Of a stretch of 64,000 nt of DNA, positions 30,620-41,085 are shown piece by piece. Source of the DNA: Luteitalea sp. (GTDB lineage Bacteria > Acidobacteriota > Vicinamibacteria > Vicinamibacterales > CAVVIG01); assembly GCA_009380045.1 (NCBI GenBank), contig WHSN01000002.1, positions 9,744 through 73,743 on the forward strand, in the 5' to 3' direction. The translations under genes were made by a program, and so were the position numbers. How positions within the stretch are numbered: position 1 is the stretch's first letter; each line of letters opens with the position of its first letter. The notes under the pieces were generated by a model. The model had not been told where the DNA came from. It ran no database searches and saw nothing but the letters and a program-made list of their open reading frames with translations.

Positions 30620-31258
30620 CTATTGCAGCCGGACGCTGATGTCGCGCACGTGGGGCGTCAGCGCGTCGAAGGGCAGCAGCTCGCGTGTGCCGGGGTTCTG
30701 AAGCGCTTCCTCGAGCTCTACGAGGAAGCGTTCGTCGTCGGCCGGCACCGCCATGGAGGCGGGGGTGGTCACGAGAACTGGCGGCGTGGCGGACGAGACC
30801 GGCGCCGGTTTGCTGCGAGCCATGATCGTGGAATCGGGGTTCACCTGGACGCCGTTGTCGAAGAACATGCCACCGACGGCGACGCCGACAAACAGGCCCG
30901 CCGCGGCCGCCGCCGCGAGCCAGCGGGGCGTGACCCGTGTGGTCGCTCCGGCGACGCGCCGGCTTATCTTATCCGGGAAGCTGATGACGCGCGCCGGCCG
31001 CCCGACCTGTTCGAGCCGATGGAGAATCGCCTGATGCTGGTTCCAGAGGCGTTCCGGCGTGAAGATCTCGTCAGCCTGGGCCTCGCCGTCGGCTCGAACG
31101 GTGTCCATGAAGTGCGCCAGCTCGTCGAAGCGCGCGGCGCACTGGGCGCATTCGAACAGATGCTCCGCCGCCGGCGGATCGACGACGTCTCCCGCCTGCT
31201 CGGCGAGATAACAGTCGAACAGCCGCTCGTCGTGCAGATGATGGGTGCGCGCGATCAC
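30620..31258 (-). CDS. anti-sigma factor, zinc-binding (ZAS) type, single-pass membrane protein
   Basis: GTG 31258 overlaps the sigma-factor stop (GTGA). An HxxxCxxC motif is present in EHLFECAQC. TM segment: WLAAAAAAGLFVGVAVGGMFF. Confidence 0.7.
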   Translation of the reverse strand: MIARTHHLHDERLFDCYLAEQAGDVVDPPAAEHLFECAQCAARFDELAHFMDTVRADGEAQADEIFTPERLWNQHQAILHRLEQVGRPARVISFPDKISRRVAGATTRVTPRWLAAAAAAGLFVGVAVGGMFFDNGVQVNPDSTIMARSKPAPVSSATPPVLVTTPASMAVPADDERFLVELEEALQNPGTRELLPFDALTPHVRDISVRLQ

Positions 31259-31941
31259 GGTTTGCCTCCCAGGAAGCCCCGCAGCTTGCGCGCGGCACGG
31301 AACAGGTGCACGCGGACCGTTGATTCGTTGAGCCCGGTCATGGCGCTGACCTCGCGGGGTGTGCAGTCGCCGAAATGGCATAGCATGAAGACACTGCGCT
31401 GGCGGCCGTCGAGCCGATCGATCGCGGCGGCCAACCGGGCACGGCGCTCCCGCGCAAGGAGCCGCGCCTCGGGATCGAGATCGCCGGCGCCGCCGAATGC
31501 CGGCGTGGATTCTGCGAGTCCGGTTGCCGCATCCGCCGGTGCAAACCACCGGTCGCGGCGAGCCCGCGCCTTGCGACGGTCGAGACAGCCGTTGATGAGA
31601 ATACGAGTGAGCCAGACCTCGAAGGGCCAGGCCTCACGGTACGACGTAAGATGGCTGAAAGCCTTGACGAAGGCATCCTGCACCGCTTCGTCCGCCTCGG
31701 CTGTGTCGCGCAGGTACTGATACGCGATCCGGGAAGCGCGGCGCTGATGCACGGCGACGAGGCCGCTGTAGCGCTCACGTGCCTCGTCCATGTTGCCGTG
31801 CTCGACGAGGCCGCGGATTTCGACCGCGAGACGCGTGTCGTCGGACACAGCCGGCGAGGCGGCGCGACGCCCTGCGGGCACCACAGGCTCCGCCGGGGAC
31901 GGGGCGAGGTCGCTCTGTCGTGTGATGCGTGGTTCACTCAT
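31255..31941 (-). CDS. RNA polymerase ECF-type sigma-70 family factor
   Basis: Region 2 (DEAVQDAFVKAF...WLTRILINGCLD) and region 4 HTH (REVSAMTGLNESTVRVHLFRARKL-like). Confidence 0.85.
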   Translation of the reverse strand: MSEPRITRQSDLAPSPAEPVVPAGRRAASPAVSDDTRLAVEIRGLVEHGNMDEARERYSGLVAVHQRRASRIAYQYLRDTAEADEAVQDAFVKAFSHLTSYREAWPFEVWLTRILINGCLDRRKARARRDRWFAPADAATGLAESTPAFGGAGDLDPEARLLARERRARLAAAIDRLDGRQRSVFMLCHFGDCTPREVSAMTGLNESTVRVHLFRAARKLRGFLGGKP

Positions 31942-32079
31942 AGGGGATTACGGTCCCGCGACGCTGGTGTTTACAAGTTTACCGCAGACCGGGCCCGTTT
32001 ATTGACTTCGTTCGAAAAGGACGAGTACGATTCCCACTTTCGCGTATGTTCCTTGGACTCTATACGTTAGGAGCCATCA

Positions 32080-33669
32080 ATGAGTTTGCGGACTGAGCAG
32101 GACCGCTCCCTTCAGGACGAGGGCATTCAGGACGCGCGCCCGTCCTGGAATCTGACGGGGGCGGCCCTCTACGAGGAAGCGATCCGGAGACGCGAGGGGC
32201 TGGTGGCTGCAGACGGTCCGCTCGTCTGTCGCACCGGCCACCACACCGGCCGATCCCCCAACGACAAGTTCATCGTTCGAGAGCCGTCGAGTGAACGGGA
32301 CATCGCCTGGGGGGGGTCGAACCGGGAGATGTCAGTGGCTCATTTCGACGCGCTCCGGCGCGACCTTTTCGCCTCGATGTCCGGAGCGGAGATCTTCGTC
32401 CAGGATTGCCATGCCGGCGCCGATCCCAGGTATCGTCTGCCGGTCCGTGTGATCACCGAATACGCGTGGCATAGCCTGTTTGCCCGCAACCTGCTGATCG
32501 TCGATCCTGACGCTCAGACCGGCCAGGTTCCGCAGCTCACGATCGTCGACTCGCCAAGCTTCCGCGCCGATCCGGCCCGCCACGGCACCAATTCGGAGGT
32601 TGTCGTTGCGCTGAACTTCGCCGAGCGACTGGTGTTGATTGCCGGGACCAGCTATGCCGGCGAGATCAAGAAGTCGGTCTTCAGCACGCTGAACTACCTG
32701 CTGCCCTTGGGCGGTGTGATGCCGATGCACTGTTCGGCAAACGTCGGATCAGCTGGTGATGTCGCGCTCTTCTTCGGGTTGTCCGGCACCGGCAAGACGA
32801 GCTTGTCGAGCGATCCCGAGCGCGGTCTCATCGGCGACGACGAGCACGGGTGGAGCGACCATGGCGTGTTCAACTTCGAAGGGGGTTGCTACGCCAAGAC
32901 GATCCGGTTGTCGGCGGAAGCCGAGCCCGAGATCTACGCGACCACGCGCCGATTCGGCACGGTGCTCGAGAACGTGGTCATCGATCCCGAGACCAGGCGG
33001 CTCAACCTCGACGACGATCGCTTCACCGAGAATACCCGCGCCGCCTATCCGATCAGCTTCATCAGCAACGCCGTCCCATCGGGCCAGGGGACCCATCCGC
33101 GGAACATCGTCATGCTTACCGCCGACGCGTTCGGCGTGCTGCCGCCGGTCTCGCGCCTCTCGCCGGCCGGGGCGATGTATCACTTTCTTTCGGGCTACAC
33201 CGCCAAGGTGGCGGGCACGGAGAAGGGGGTCACCGAGCCGAAGGCGACGTTCAGCACCTGTTTTGGTGCGCCATTCCTCCCCCTGCCGCCGAGCCGGTAC
33301 GCCGGGATGCTCGGCGAGCGGATCGAGCGGCACCAGGCGCGGGTCTGGCTGGTGAACACCGGGTGGACCGGTGGGCCCTACGGGACCGGCTCGCGGATGA
33401 AGATCAAGTACACGCGCGCCATGATTCATGCGGCGTTGTCGGGCGTCCTCGACGGCATGCGCTTCGAGCGCGATCCGATTTTCAACCTCGACGTGCCGCA
33501 ATCGTGCCCGAATGTTCCGGCCGACGTGTTGAACCCGCGCAACACCTGGGCCAACAAGGCCGACTACGACGCCCAGGCGCGCAAGCTCGCCGCCATGTTT
33601 GCCGAAAACTTCAGGACCTTCGAGAGCGCGGTCGCCGCGGACGTAAGAACGGCAGGACCGCACGTCTGA
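32080..33669 (+). CDS. pckA: phosphoenolpyruvate carboxykinase (ATP)
   Basis: 529-aa ORF with AGGAG upstream. Kinase-1a GLSGTGKT, plus GDDEHGW and [13 protein letters not shown] blocks typical of ATP-PEPCK. Confidence 0.9.
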   Translation: MSLRTEQDRSLQDEGIQDARPSWNLTGAALYEEAIRRREGLVAADGPLVCRTGHHTGRSPNDKFIVREPSSERDIAWGGSNREMSVAHFDALRRDLFASMSGAEIFVQDCHAGADPRYRLPVRVITEYAWHSLFARNLLIVDPDAQTGQVPQLTIVDSPSFRADPARHGTNSEVVVALNFAERLVLIAGTSYAGEIKKSVFSTLNYLLPLGGVMPMHCSANVGSAGDVALFFGLSGTGKTSLSSDPERGLIGDDEHGWSDHGVFNFEGGCYAKTIRLSAEAEPEIYATTRRFGTVLENVVIDPETRRLNLDDDRFTENTRAAYPISFISNAVPSGQGTHPRNIVMLTADAFGVLPPVSRLSPAGAMYHFLSGYTAKVAGTEKGVTEPKATFSTCFGAPFLPLPPSRYAGMLGERIERHQARVWLVNTGWTGGPYGTGSRMKIKYTRAMIHAALSGVLDGMRFERDPIFNLDVPQSCPNVPADVLNPRNTWANKADYDAQARKLAAMFAENFRTFESAVAADVRTAGPHV

Positions 33670-33679
33670 GCGAATGTAG

Positions 33680-33819
33680 TGCAGGGATGACAGGATGGCA
33701 GGATGGCAGTGATTGCAGGATGGACCGGATGGAAAGGATGGCAAGAAGGTCGGATGGCAAGAAGCTGTAGTTCTGCCATCCGGCCATCCTGCCATCCCGC
33801 CATCCTGCCAGCCTGCAAT
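33680..33819. repeat. intergenic inverted array of short tandem units (GGATGG(CA) x6-7 facing CCATCC x4)
   Basis: GGATGG occurs at 33693, 33701, 33718, 33727, 33736 and 33752. CCATCC occurs at 33776, 33784, 33792 and 33800. The outer GCAGG/CCTGC also pair. The element lies between the pckA stop and the gatB start. Confidence 0.9.
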
Positions 33820-33838
33820 TTCTGGTGTTTGGCGTCCG

Positions 33839-35293
33839 ATGCCGTTTGAGGCCGTCATCGGCCTGGAGATTCACGCGCAGCTGCAGACGGCTTCGAAGAT
33901 CTTCTGCGGGTGCAGCACCGTCTTCGGCGCCCCGCCGAACACGCACGTCTGCCCGGTCTGCCTGGGGTTCCCCGGTGCGCTGCCGGTGCTCAATGGCGCC
34001 GCGGTCGATTTTGCCGTGCGAGCGGGGCTGGCCCTCGGCTGCCGCATCAACGACAGGTCAATCTTCGCGCGCAAGAACTACTTCTATCCGGATCTGCCCA
34101 AGGGCTACCAGATCTCGCAGTACGAGCTGCCGCTGGCCAGCCAGGGCGCCCTGGAGTACACGGTGGGCGACGGCATCCGCCGGGTGGGCATCACCCGCGT
34201 CCATCTGGAGGAAGACGCGGGCAAATCGCTGCACGAGGGCTTCAGCGATTCCGATCGCAAGACCTACGTCGACTTCAACCGCAGTGGCGTGCCGCTCATC
34301 GAGATCGTGACCGAGCCCGATCTGCGATCCGCCCCGGAGGCGGCGGCCTTTTTTGCCCGGCTGCGGGCGATTCTGGTCTGGCTCGGCGTCAACGACGGCA
34401 ACATGGAAGAAGGAAGCCTCCGCTGCGACGCCAACGTGTCGGTGCGTCCGGCCGGCAGCGGCGCCTTCGGCACGAAGGCCGAGGTGAAGAACCTGAACTC
34501 GTTCCGGTTCCTCCAGAAGGCCCTCGAGTACGAGATCGATCGCCAGATCGAGCTGCTCAGGGAGGGCGGCCGCGTGCGGCAGGAAACGCGGCTGTTCGAT
34601 GCGGCCTCCGGCGGGACCGTCTCGATGCGAAGCAAGGAAGAAGCGCACGACTACCGCTACTTCCCGGAACCCGATTTGCCGCCGGTCGTCCTCGACGCCG
34701 ATCGCGTGGACGCCTTGAGGCGCGCGATGCCCGAGCTGCCTGACGCGCGGCGCCGGCGGTTCATCGAACAGCATGCGCTGCCGGAATACGACGCCGGCCA
34801 CCTGACCGAGTCGCGGGCGCTGGCCGACTACTTCGAGCAGGCGGTCGCGGCCGGCGGCTCACCGAAGATGGTCAGCAACTGGATGATGGGCGAGCTCGCG
34901 CGCGCGTTGAACGACAACGGCCGCGAGATCTCCGATGCGCCGGTCACCGCTGCGAGGCTGGCCAGCCTGCTTCAGCTGATCGACCGCGGCACCATCAGCG
35001 GCGCGATGGCGAAAGGGGTGTTCGAGAAGATGTGCGCCTCCGGACGTGACGCCGCCGAGATCGTCGAGGCCGAGGGCCTGTCGCAGATTGACGACGAGGC
35101 CCAGATCCTCGAGCGGATCACCTCGGTGCTGAGCGAGCACGCCGATGCCGTCGCGCAATTTCGCGCCGGCAAGGCGGCGGCGCTTGGCTTTCTGGTCGGT
35201 CAAGTGATGAAGGCCACGGCAGGGAAGGCCAATCCCAGGCGGGTGAACGAGCTGCTCAAGCGTGAGCTGGGGGGCGGGTCACCGGGCACGTAG
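33839..35293 (+). CDS. gatB: Asp-tRNA(Asn)/Glu-tRNA(Gln) amidotransferase subunit B
   Basis: From ATG 33839: [23 protein letters not shown]...[20 protein letters not shown]. The GatB N-terminus and tail domain are present. Confidence 0.9.
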   Translation: MPFEAVIGLEIHAQLQTASKIFCGCSTVFGAPPNTHVCPVCLGFPGALPVLNGAAVDFAVRAGLALGCRINDRSIFARKNYFYPDLPKGYQISQYELPLASQGALEYTVGDGIRRVGITRVHLEEDAGKSLHEGFSDSDRKTYVDFNRSGVPLIEIVTEPDLRSAPEAAAFFARLRAILVWLGVNDGNMEEGSLRCDANVSVRPAGSGAFGTKAEVKNLNSFRFLQKALEYEIDRQIELLREGGRVRQETRLFDAASGGTVSMRSKEEAHDYRYFPEPDLPPVVLDADRVDALRRAMPELPDARRRRFIEQHALPEYDAGHLTESRALADYFEQAVAAGGSPKMVSNWMMGELARALNDNGREISDAPVTAARLASLLQLIDRGTISGAMAKGVFEKMCASGRDAAEIVEAEGLSQIDDEAQILERITSVLSEHADAVAQFRAGKAAALGFLVGQVMKATAGKANPRRVNELLKRELGGGSPGT

Positions 35294-35368
35294 AGAAGCT
35301 TGGGTGGTATACTCGAGGTGTACTCCTCTGACACGTGACACATCAGCGGCTTCAGGTGCGCCGGCAGC

Positions 35369-36028
35369 TTGATAGAGAGTAATCACCTATCAAAGCTCTA
35401 CGGCCGCGGGGTCTACGCGCTGCGCGATCTGTCCTTGTCGATCGACAAGGGCGAGTTCCTCTTCCTCACCGGTCCGAGCGGGGCTGGGAAGTCGACATTC
35501 CTTCGCCTCCTCCTGCGCGAGGAGCTGCCAAGCGAAGGCGAGCTGAAGGTGAGCGGCCGCAGCATTCAGGACCTCCGCCCCTCAGAAGTCCAGGCCTACC
35601 GGCGCACGATTGGGTTCGTGTTCCAGGATTTCCGGCTGATTCCCCGCCTCTCGGTCTTTCAGAACGTTGCGTTCGTGATGCGGGTCAACGGGGTGCCGCT
35701 TGCGGCTCAGCAACGAAAGACCTTCCAGGTGCTGAAGTGGGTCGGTCTCCAGCATCGCATGAACGCCCATCCTGAAGAGCTGTCTGGCGGCGAGCAACAG
35801 CGCGTGGCGATCGCGCGCGCCCTGGTCAACGATCCCCATCTGGTGCTCGCCGACGAGCCGACCGGCAATCTCGACCCCGATCTTTCCCTCGACATCATGA
35901 ACCTGTTCCGCGAGATCAACGCTCGCGGGACGACCGTGATCGTCGCGACCCATGACCGCGAGCTGATCCGGCGCGTCGGCCGGCGCTCGATCACACTCGA
36001 CCACGGCCGCGTGGTGGAGGTCGCCTGA
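35369..36028 (+). CDS. ftsE: cell division ATP-binding protein FtsE
   Basis: TTG start. [24 protein letters not shown] and [10 protein letters not shown]. Followed 2 nt later by ftsX. Confidence 0.85.
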   Translation: MIESNHLSKLYGRGVYALRDLSLSIDKGEFLFLTGPSGAGKSTFLRLLLREELPSEGELKVSGRSIQDLRPSEVQAYRRTIGFVFQDFRLIPRLSVFQNVAFVMRVNGVPLAAQQRKTFQVLKWVGLQHRMNAHPEELSGGEQQRVAIARALVNDPHLVLADEPTGNLDPDLSLDIMNLFREINARGTTVIVATHDRELIRRVGRRSITLDHGRVVEVA

Positions 36029-36029
36029 A

Positions 36030-36932
36030 ATGGGCGTCCTTGGCTACGCCTTCGACGAGGCGACCACGAGCTTGTGGCGCGGACGGCAGTCGGGGTCGCT
36101 CTCGGCGGCAACGGTCGCCGTCGCGCTGTTCGTGCTCGGCGGATTCCTGGTCGCCACCTCCAACCTCGAACGACTGGCTCACGAGTGGAGCCGCGCCGCC
36201 GAGATGTCGATCTACCTGACCGACGATGCCGGAAGCGCCGCCCGCCCGCAGATCGAAGGGCTGCTCGCCAACCGGGAGGTTGTCGCGGAGTACGAGTTCG
36301 TTTCGAAAGCCGACGCGCTCCTCCGCTTCAAGCAGATGTTCGCCGACCTGGCGGCCACCGCCGACACGCTGGGCGACAATCCGTTGCCCGCGTCGTACGA
36401 GGTCCGGCTGCAGCCCACCGAACAGGCGCGGTCGGCGACCGACCCCTTCATCGCCTCCCTTCGCGCCACGGCTGGTGTGGCGGATGTGCGATTCGATCGG
36501 GAGTGGCTGGATCGTCTCATCCGCGCGGTCGGCGCCGTTCGCGCCGTCGGCCTCATTCTGGGCGGCGTGCTCACGGTCGCAGCCGCGCTGACGGTCGCGA
36601 ACGTGGTGCGTCTGGCCTTGTACGCCAGGCGCGACGAGCTCGAAATCATGCGGCTCGTCGGCGCCCCGCCGGCGTATGTGGATGGTCCGTTCGTGATGGA
36701 AGGCTTCCTGCTGGGAGGCCTCGGCGCGGCGGCCGGGCTCGCCGCGCTCGCGATTGTGTTCGTCGCGATTCGCGGCCGCTACCTCGCGCCGCTCGCGGCC
36801 GCCGTCAACCTGTCATCGGTGCGGTTCCTCGCGCCCGAGCTGTGCGTGCTGCTCCTCCTGGGAGGCATGGCCGTCGGATGCCTCGGTGGACTGGTCGCAG
36901 CTCGGGGCGGGCCAGGCGTTACACGGTCTTGA
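36030..36932 (+). CDS. ftsX: cell division permease-like protein FtsX
   Basis: TM1, a periplasmic domain (YEFVSKADALLRFKQMF...NPLPASYEV) and a C-terminal 3-TM FtsX domain. Confidence 0.85.
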   Translation: MGVLGYAFDEATTSLWRGRQSGSLSAATVAVALFVLGGFLVATSNLERLAHEWSRAAEMSIYLTDDAGSAARPQIEGLLANREVVAEYEFVSKADALLRFKQMFADLAATADTLGDNPLPASYEVRLQPTEQARSATDPFIASLRATAGVADVRFDREWLDRLIRAVGAVRAVGLILGGVLTVAAALTVANVVRLALYARRDELEIMRLVGAPPAYVDGPFVMEGFLLGGLGAAAGLAALAIVFVAIRGRYLAPLAAAVNLSSVRFLAPELCVLLLLGGMAVGCLGGLVAARGGPGVTRS

Positions 36933-36994
36933 CAGGTCTTTTGGCGCGGCTCTACACTGATGAAACGATCGCCAATTCAACTCGAGGACTCTGC

Positions 36995-37279
36995 ATGCCA
37001 CGCTTCGTGACCCATTCGAGGCCGATCAGCGCGCAGCACCCGCTTACGGAGTTTTACCGAGAAGAGTTCGTCAAACATCACCGTTGCCTCCAGCAGCACC
37101 GCGCCTACTTCTCAGAGAGCGCCATCACCGACGTCGAAGCGGCACTGACGCGGATCCTCGGACAGCTCGAGCAACTGTGCTCCAAGGACGATGCTGACGA
37201 AGTGGTCAGCCGTCTCCTGAAGAAATTCGACGTCGTCACCGGGCTTTCCGCCTGGTCAGATCCCAGACACAGTCACTGA
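36995..37279 (+). CDS. hypothetical protein (94 aa)
   Basis: Tail of ORF 36074..37279 from ATG 36995 (MPRFVTHSRPISAQHPLTEFYREEF...). Amino-acid composition is balanced and unlike the Arg/Ala-rich shadow frames. No family recognised. Confidence 0.45.
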   Translation: MPRFVTHSRPISAQHPLTEFYREEFVKHHRCLQQHRAYFSESAITDVEAALTRILGQLEQLCSKDDADEVVSRLLKKFDVVTGLSAWSDPRHSH

Positions 37280-38559
37280 CACCTTCGCTCGCTCTGCTTC
37301 GCGACGATCTCCTGGCGTTCGTACGGGCCGGGATTCGTGCTGCCGATGCCGGCCTCCTCGTCCGACGTGCCTTGCGCGAGATCGACCCCGCGCCGTATCG
37401 CGTGATCGCCGCCGGGAAAGCCGCCGCCGCCATGGCGATGGCGGCGTATGACGTTCTCGGCGCGCGAACCGCGGCCGGTCTGGTGATCGCCCCGTCGGCG
37501 ATTGAGATGCCAGCGCCGTTCAGAGCGATGGCCGGACAACACCCGCAGCCGGGCGAGGGGAGCGAGCGGGCCGGCCGCGATGCGCTGGCGATGGCGCGCG
37601 AGGCCCAGACCGGCGAGCGCCTGCTGATCCTGCTTTCCGGCGGCGCCTCGTCGCTGATGGCGGTGCCGGCGGCCGGTGTGACCCTGTCGGACAAGCGGCG
37701 CGCCACGACGGTGCTCCTTCAGGCCGGCGCCGACATCGTCGCCCTCAATACCGTCAGGAAGCACCTCTCCTCGATCAAGGGTGGATGGCTCGGCGCCTCA
37801 TCGAAGGCGCGCTGTGACTCCCTCGTCGTCTCGGACGTCGTCGGCGACAATCCGAGCGTGATTGCCTCGGGGCCGACCGTTCCGGATGCGACGACGTTCG
37901 AGGAGGCGTGCGACGTGCTCGTGCGGTTCGGCGGCATGGCCGCTTATCCTCGTGCGGTCGTCGACCGTCTCATCGGTGGGTCGGCGGGTGAATTCGCGGA
38001 AACGCCCAAGCCGGGCGATCCACGTCTCGGTCACTCGACGGTGACCATTGTCGGCGGCCGCGGCGACGCGATGCGCGGTGCGGCCGACCTCGCCCGGCGA
38101 CGCGGGTATGCCGTGCTGACGATGGGGACGCCGGTGACCGGCGAAGCGCGGGACGCCGCGCGCAGGCATCTCCGGGAGGTGCTGTTCCGCGCCGCGTCGT
38201 TGCCGCGCCCGACCTGTGTGATTTCGAGCGGCGAGACGACCGTGACGGTCCAGGGAGACGGCCGCGGCGGCCGCAACCAGGAGTTTGCCCTGGCGGCCGC
38301 CGACCTCCTCCGGCAGCCAGGCACCGACATCGTGCTCGGCAGCGCCGGCACCGATGGCATCGACGGTCCCACCGACGCTGCTGGGGCAATCGCCGATTCC
38401 ACGACCTGCGCGCGCGCGGAGAACGCCGGCCTGCGGCCCTTCGAGGCGTATCTTCGGGACAACAACGCCTACGCATGTTTCGACGCGCTGGGCGATCTCA
38501 TTCACACCGGTCCGACCGGCACCAATGTCGGCGATCTCCAGATAATTCTGCTAGCCTGA
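37276..38559 (+). CDS. glycerate kinase, MOFRL/DUF4147 family (glycerate 2-kinase / hydroxypyruvate reductase-like)
   Basis: Contains LLSGGASSLM, LNTVRKHLSSIKGG, SGETTV.V.G.GRGGRNQE and GTDGIDGPTDAAGA. The first canonical start is TTG 37372. The family-like N-terminus (LRDDLLAFVRAGIRAADAGLLVRRAL) lies upstream in the same frame, so the 5' end is uncertain. CTG 37276 is proposed as the start. Confidence 0.75.
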   Translation: MTPSLALLRDDLLAFVRAGIRAADAGLLVRRALREIDPAPYRVIAAGKAAAAMAMAAYDVLGARTAAGLVIAPSAIEMPAPFRAMAGQHPQPGEGSERAGRDALAMAREAQTGERLLILLSGGASSLMAVPAAGVTLSDKRRATTVLLQAGADIVALNTVRKHLSSIKGGWLGASSKARCDSLVVSDVVGDNPSVIASGPTVPDATTFEEACDVLVRFGGMAAYPRAVVDRLIGGSAGEFAETPKPGDPRLGHSTVTIVGGRGDAMRGAADLARRRGYAVLTMGTPVTGEARDAARRHLREVLFRAASLPRPTCVISSGETTVTVQGDGRGGRNQEFALAAADLLRQPGTDIVLGSAGTDGIDGPTDAAGAIADSTTCARAENAGLRPFEAYLRDNNAYACFDALGDLIHTGPTGTNVGDLQIILLA

Positions 38560-38565
38560 ATTTTC

Positions 38566-40818
38566 ATGCTTTCTCGTGATCAAGTCCTTGCGCAGATGCG
38601 CGAGCGGGTCCACCATCCCGCCGGCACCCGCGAGCTCCTGCAGCTCCTCAAGATTCCGCGCGAAGAGCGTGCCTCGTTCAAGCGCCACCTGGAATCGCTG
38701 GTGGGCTCGGGCGACCTCATCCAGATTCGTGGCCAGCGCTTCGGCCTGCCCGAGAAGATGGATCTGTATGTCGGCGCCCTCGAGACGCATCCGGCGGGCT
38801 ACGGGTTCGTCCGACCCGAGCGGCCGCTCGAGGGCGGCAGCGGCGACATCTACGTCGCGAACCCCCACCTGAACGAGGCGATGCACGGCGACCGCGTCGT
38901 CGTGCGCATCGAGCGGATCAAGGACGGCGGCCGCGTCGAAGGGCGGATTATCCGCATCCTCGACCGCGGCAACACGTGGCTGGTGGGCCGCTACGACCGG
39001 AACGAGGACGGCATGGGCTTCGTCGTGCCCTTCGATCGCCGCGTCCTGATGGACGTGCTGATTCCGCCTGGACAGGAAAGCGGTGCGACGCCCGGCGAGA
39101 TGGTGACCATCGAGCTCACCCGCTGGCCGACCTCTTCGCGCGGCGCCATCGGCCGGGTCGCGGACGTGCTCGGTGACATCGACGCGCCAGGCGTCGACAC
39201 CGAAATCATCATCAGGAAGCACGGCATCCCCGACGCGCACTCACCCCAAGCGGTCGCTGAGGCGGTTCGCCTTGGCGGCAGCGTGTCGGAAAAGGACATT
39301 CGCGGGCGATCGGACTTCCGCGAGCAGGTCACCGTCACCATCGACGGCGAGCACGCTCGCGATTTCGACGATGCGATCACGATTGAGAGGCTGCCGGGCG
39401 GCAATTTCTGGCTGGGTGTCCACATCGCCGACGTCTCGCACTACGTGCAGGAGGGAAGCGCCCTCGACCGCGAGGCGTACGATCGCGGCACCTCGGTGTA
39501 TTTTCCCGAGCGCGCCGTGCACATGTTTCCGTCCGAGCTCGCCACCGGGCTCTGCAGCCTGAACCCGCAGGTCGATCGGCTAGTGCAGTCCTGCTTCATG
39601 GAGGTGACGCGTCGCGGGGAGGTGGTGCGCTCGGAGTTCCACGACGGGGTGATCAACAGCAACGAGCGGATGACCTACACCGCGGTGAACGGCATTCTGA
39701 CCGACCGCGATCCCGAGTTGATCAAGCGGTACGAGCCGCTGGTACCGTCGTTCGAGCTGATGCGGGAGCTGTTCCACGTCCTGAACGACGCCCGCAAGCG
39801 CCGCGGCTCGATCGATTTCGACCTGAACGAAGCGGAGGTGATCATCGACGCCGGTGGCGTGGTGGAAGCGATCATCGCGCTGCAGCGAAACGTCGCCCAC
39901 CGCCTGATCGAAGAGTTCATGCTGCTCGCCAATGAGACCGTCGCGACCCATCTGGAAGCGCAGGACGCGCCGGCGCTGTACCGCATCCACGAAGAGCCGG
40001 ACGTGCTCAAGATCGCGAAGTTCGAAGACTTCATCTCGGGCTTCGGGCTCAGCCTCGGCGCATCGCTGACGGCGTTGCGGCCCCGCCATTTCCAGAAGCT
40101 GATCGAGCGCATTCACGGGAAGCCGGAAGAGAAGCCGATTGCCTTCCTGATGCTGCGCACGATGCAGAAGGCGCGGTATGCGCCGGAGAACGCCGGCCAC
40201 TTCGGGCTGGCGGCCCCGAGCTACACCCACTTCACGTCGCCGATCCGCCGCTATCCCGATCTCGTGGTGCACCGTGCGCTGCGCGCCTCGCGCCACGGGC
40301 TCCTGACCGCCGAGCGCCGCGAAGAGTGGTCGGAGGATCTGCCGGAGGTGGCGCGCCACACCTCGGAAATGGAGCGCCGGGCGGACGACGCCGAACGCGA
40401 GCTGCTGCAGTGGAAGAAGGTGAAGTTCATGGCCGACAAGGTCGGCGATGAATTCGAAGGCTACGTCACCGGGGTCGCCGCGTTCGGTCTGTTCATCGAG
40501 CTGGTCGAGCACTACGTCGAGGGCCTGGTTCACGTCTCGACGATGGCCGACGACTACTACCGGTTCATCGACACCGCTCACATGCTGCGCGGCGAGAACA
40601 CCCAGAAGACCTACCGGCTCGGCGACAAAGTGAAGGTTCAGGTCGTTCGCGTCAACATGGAGGTGCGGCAGATCGATCTGGGTTTGGTCGAGATTCTGAA
40701 CCGTTTGAGGCAGGGCGAGCGCGGCGCGCGCCGGTCGAAGGCGCAGCCCAAGCGGGTGGAACGCAAGAAGAAGGGGCGGCCGGGACGAAACGAAAGGAAG
40801 AAAACGAAACGCCGCTAG
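38566..40818 (+). CDS. rnr: ribonuclease R
   Basis: 750 aa with an N-terminal HTH/OB region and an RNB domain (REDFR...[12 protein letters not shown]...YFPER.VHMFP). An S1 domain and a Lys/Arg-rich tail follow. Confidence 0.9.
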   Translation: MLSRDQVLAQMRERVHHPAGTRELLQLLKIPREERASFKRHLESLVGSGDLIQIRGQRFGLPEKMDLYVGALETHPAGYGFVRPERPLEGGSGDIYVANPHLNEAMHGDRVVVRIERIKDGGRVEGRIIRILDRGNTWLVGRYDRNEDGMGFVVPFDRRVLMDVLIPPGQESGATPGEMVTIELTRWPTSSRGAIGRVADVLGDIDAPGVDTEIIIRKHGIPDAHSPQAVAEAVRLGGSVSEKDIRGRSDFREQVTVTIDGEHARDFDDAITIERLPGGNFWLGVHIADVSHYVQEGSALDREAYDRGTSVYFPERAVHMFPSELATGLCSLNPQVDRLVQSCFMEVTRRGEVVRSEFHDGVINSNERMTYTAVNGILTDRDPELIKRYEPLVPSFELMRELFHVLNDARKRRGSIDFDLNEAEVIIDAGGVVEAIIALQRNVAHRLIEEFMLLANETVATHLEAQDAPALYRIHEEPDVLKIAKFEDFISGFGLSLGASLTALRPRHFQKLIERIHGKPEEKPIAFLMLRTMQKARYAPENAGHFGLAAPSYTHFTSPIRRYPDLVVHRALRASRHGLLTAERREEWSEDLPEVARHTSEMERRADDAERELLQWKKVKFMADKVGDEFEGYVTGVAAFGLFIELVEHYVEGLVHVSTMADDYYRFIDTAHMLRGENTQKTYRLGDKVKVQVVRVNMEVRQIDLGLVEILNRLRQGERGARRSKAQPKRVERKKKGRPGRNERKKTKRR

Positions 40819-40973
40819 CTCTTGTCGTCGGCTGTTTCGTCCTTGATCCCGTTCTTGAAGTTCCGGATCGCGCTGCCGATGCCCTTCCCGAGCCCAGGCA
40901 GCCGGTTGGCGCCGAAGATTACGATGACGATCAGAAAAATAATGATCAGTTCGGGCATGCCCAGACGTCCCAT
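40815..40973 (-). CDS. tatA: twin-arginine translocase subunit TatA/E (52 aa)
   Basis: Too short for the ORF track. Manual minus-strand translation gives [56 protein letters not shown] lies 8 nt upstream of the ATG at 40973. The stop overlaps the rnr stop within CTAG (40815-40818). Confidence 0.85.
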   Translation of the reverse strand: MGRLGMPELIIIFLIVIVIFGANRLPGLGKGIGSAIRNFKNGIKDETADDKS

Positions 40974-41085
40974 GGTGACACTCCGCCCCGGTGGAAATCA
41001 GAAACGCCGCCCGCGGTGTTGCTGGGTCCGGGGAACCGGTCAGATTGTACCACCTCCAGCCCGCCGCGGCACTTCCCGTTTCCTT

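Noticed and set aside
40822-41085. 5' part of ORF 40822..41376 as a real N-terminal extension of the VWA protein
   Set aside because: This stretch is antisense to the tatA gene, and its translation (…[19 protein letters not shown]…) mirrors tatA. The VWA protein more plausibly starts at ATG 41086.
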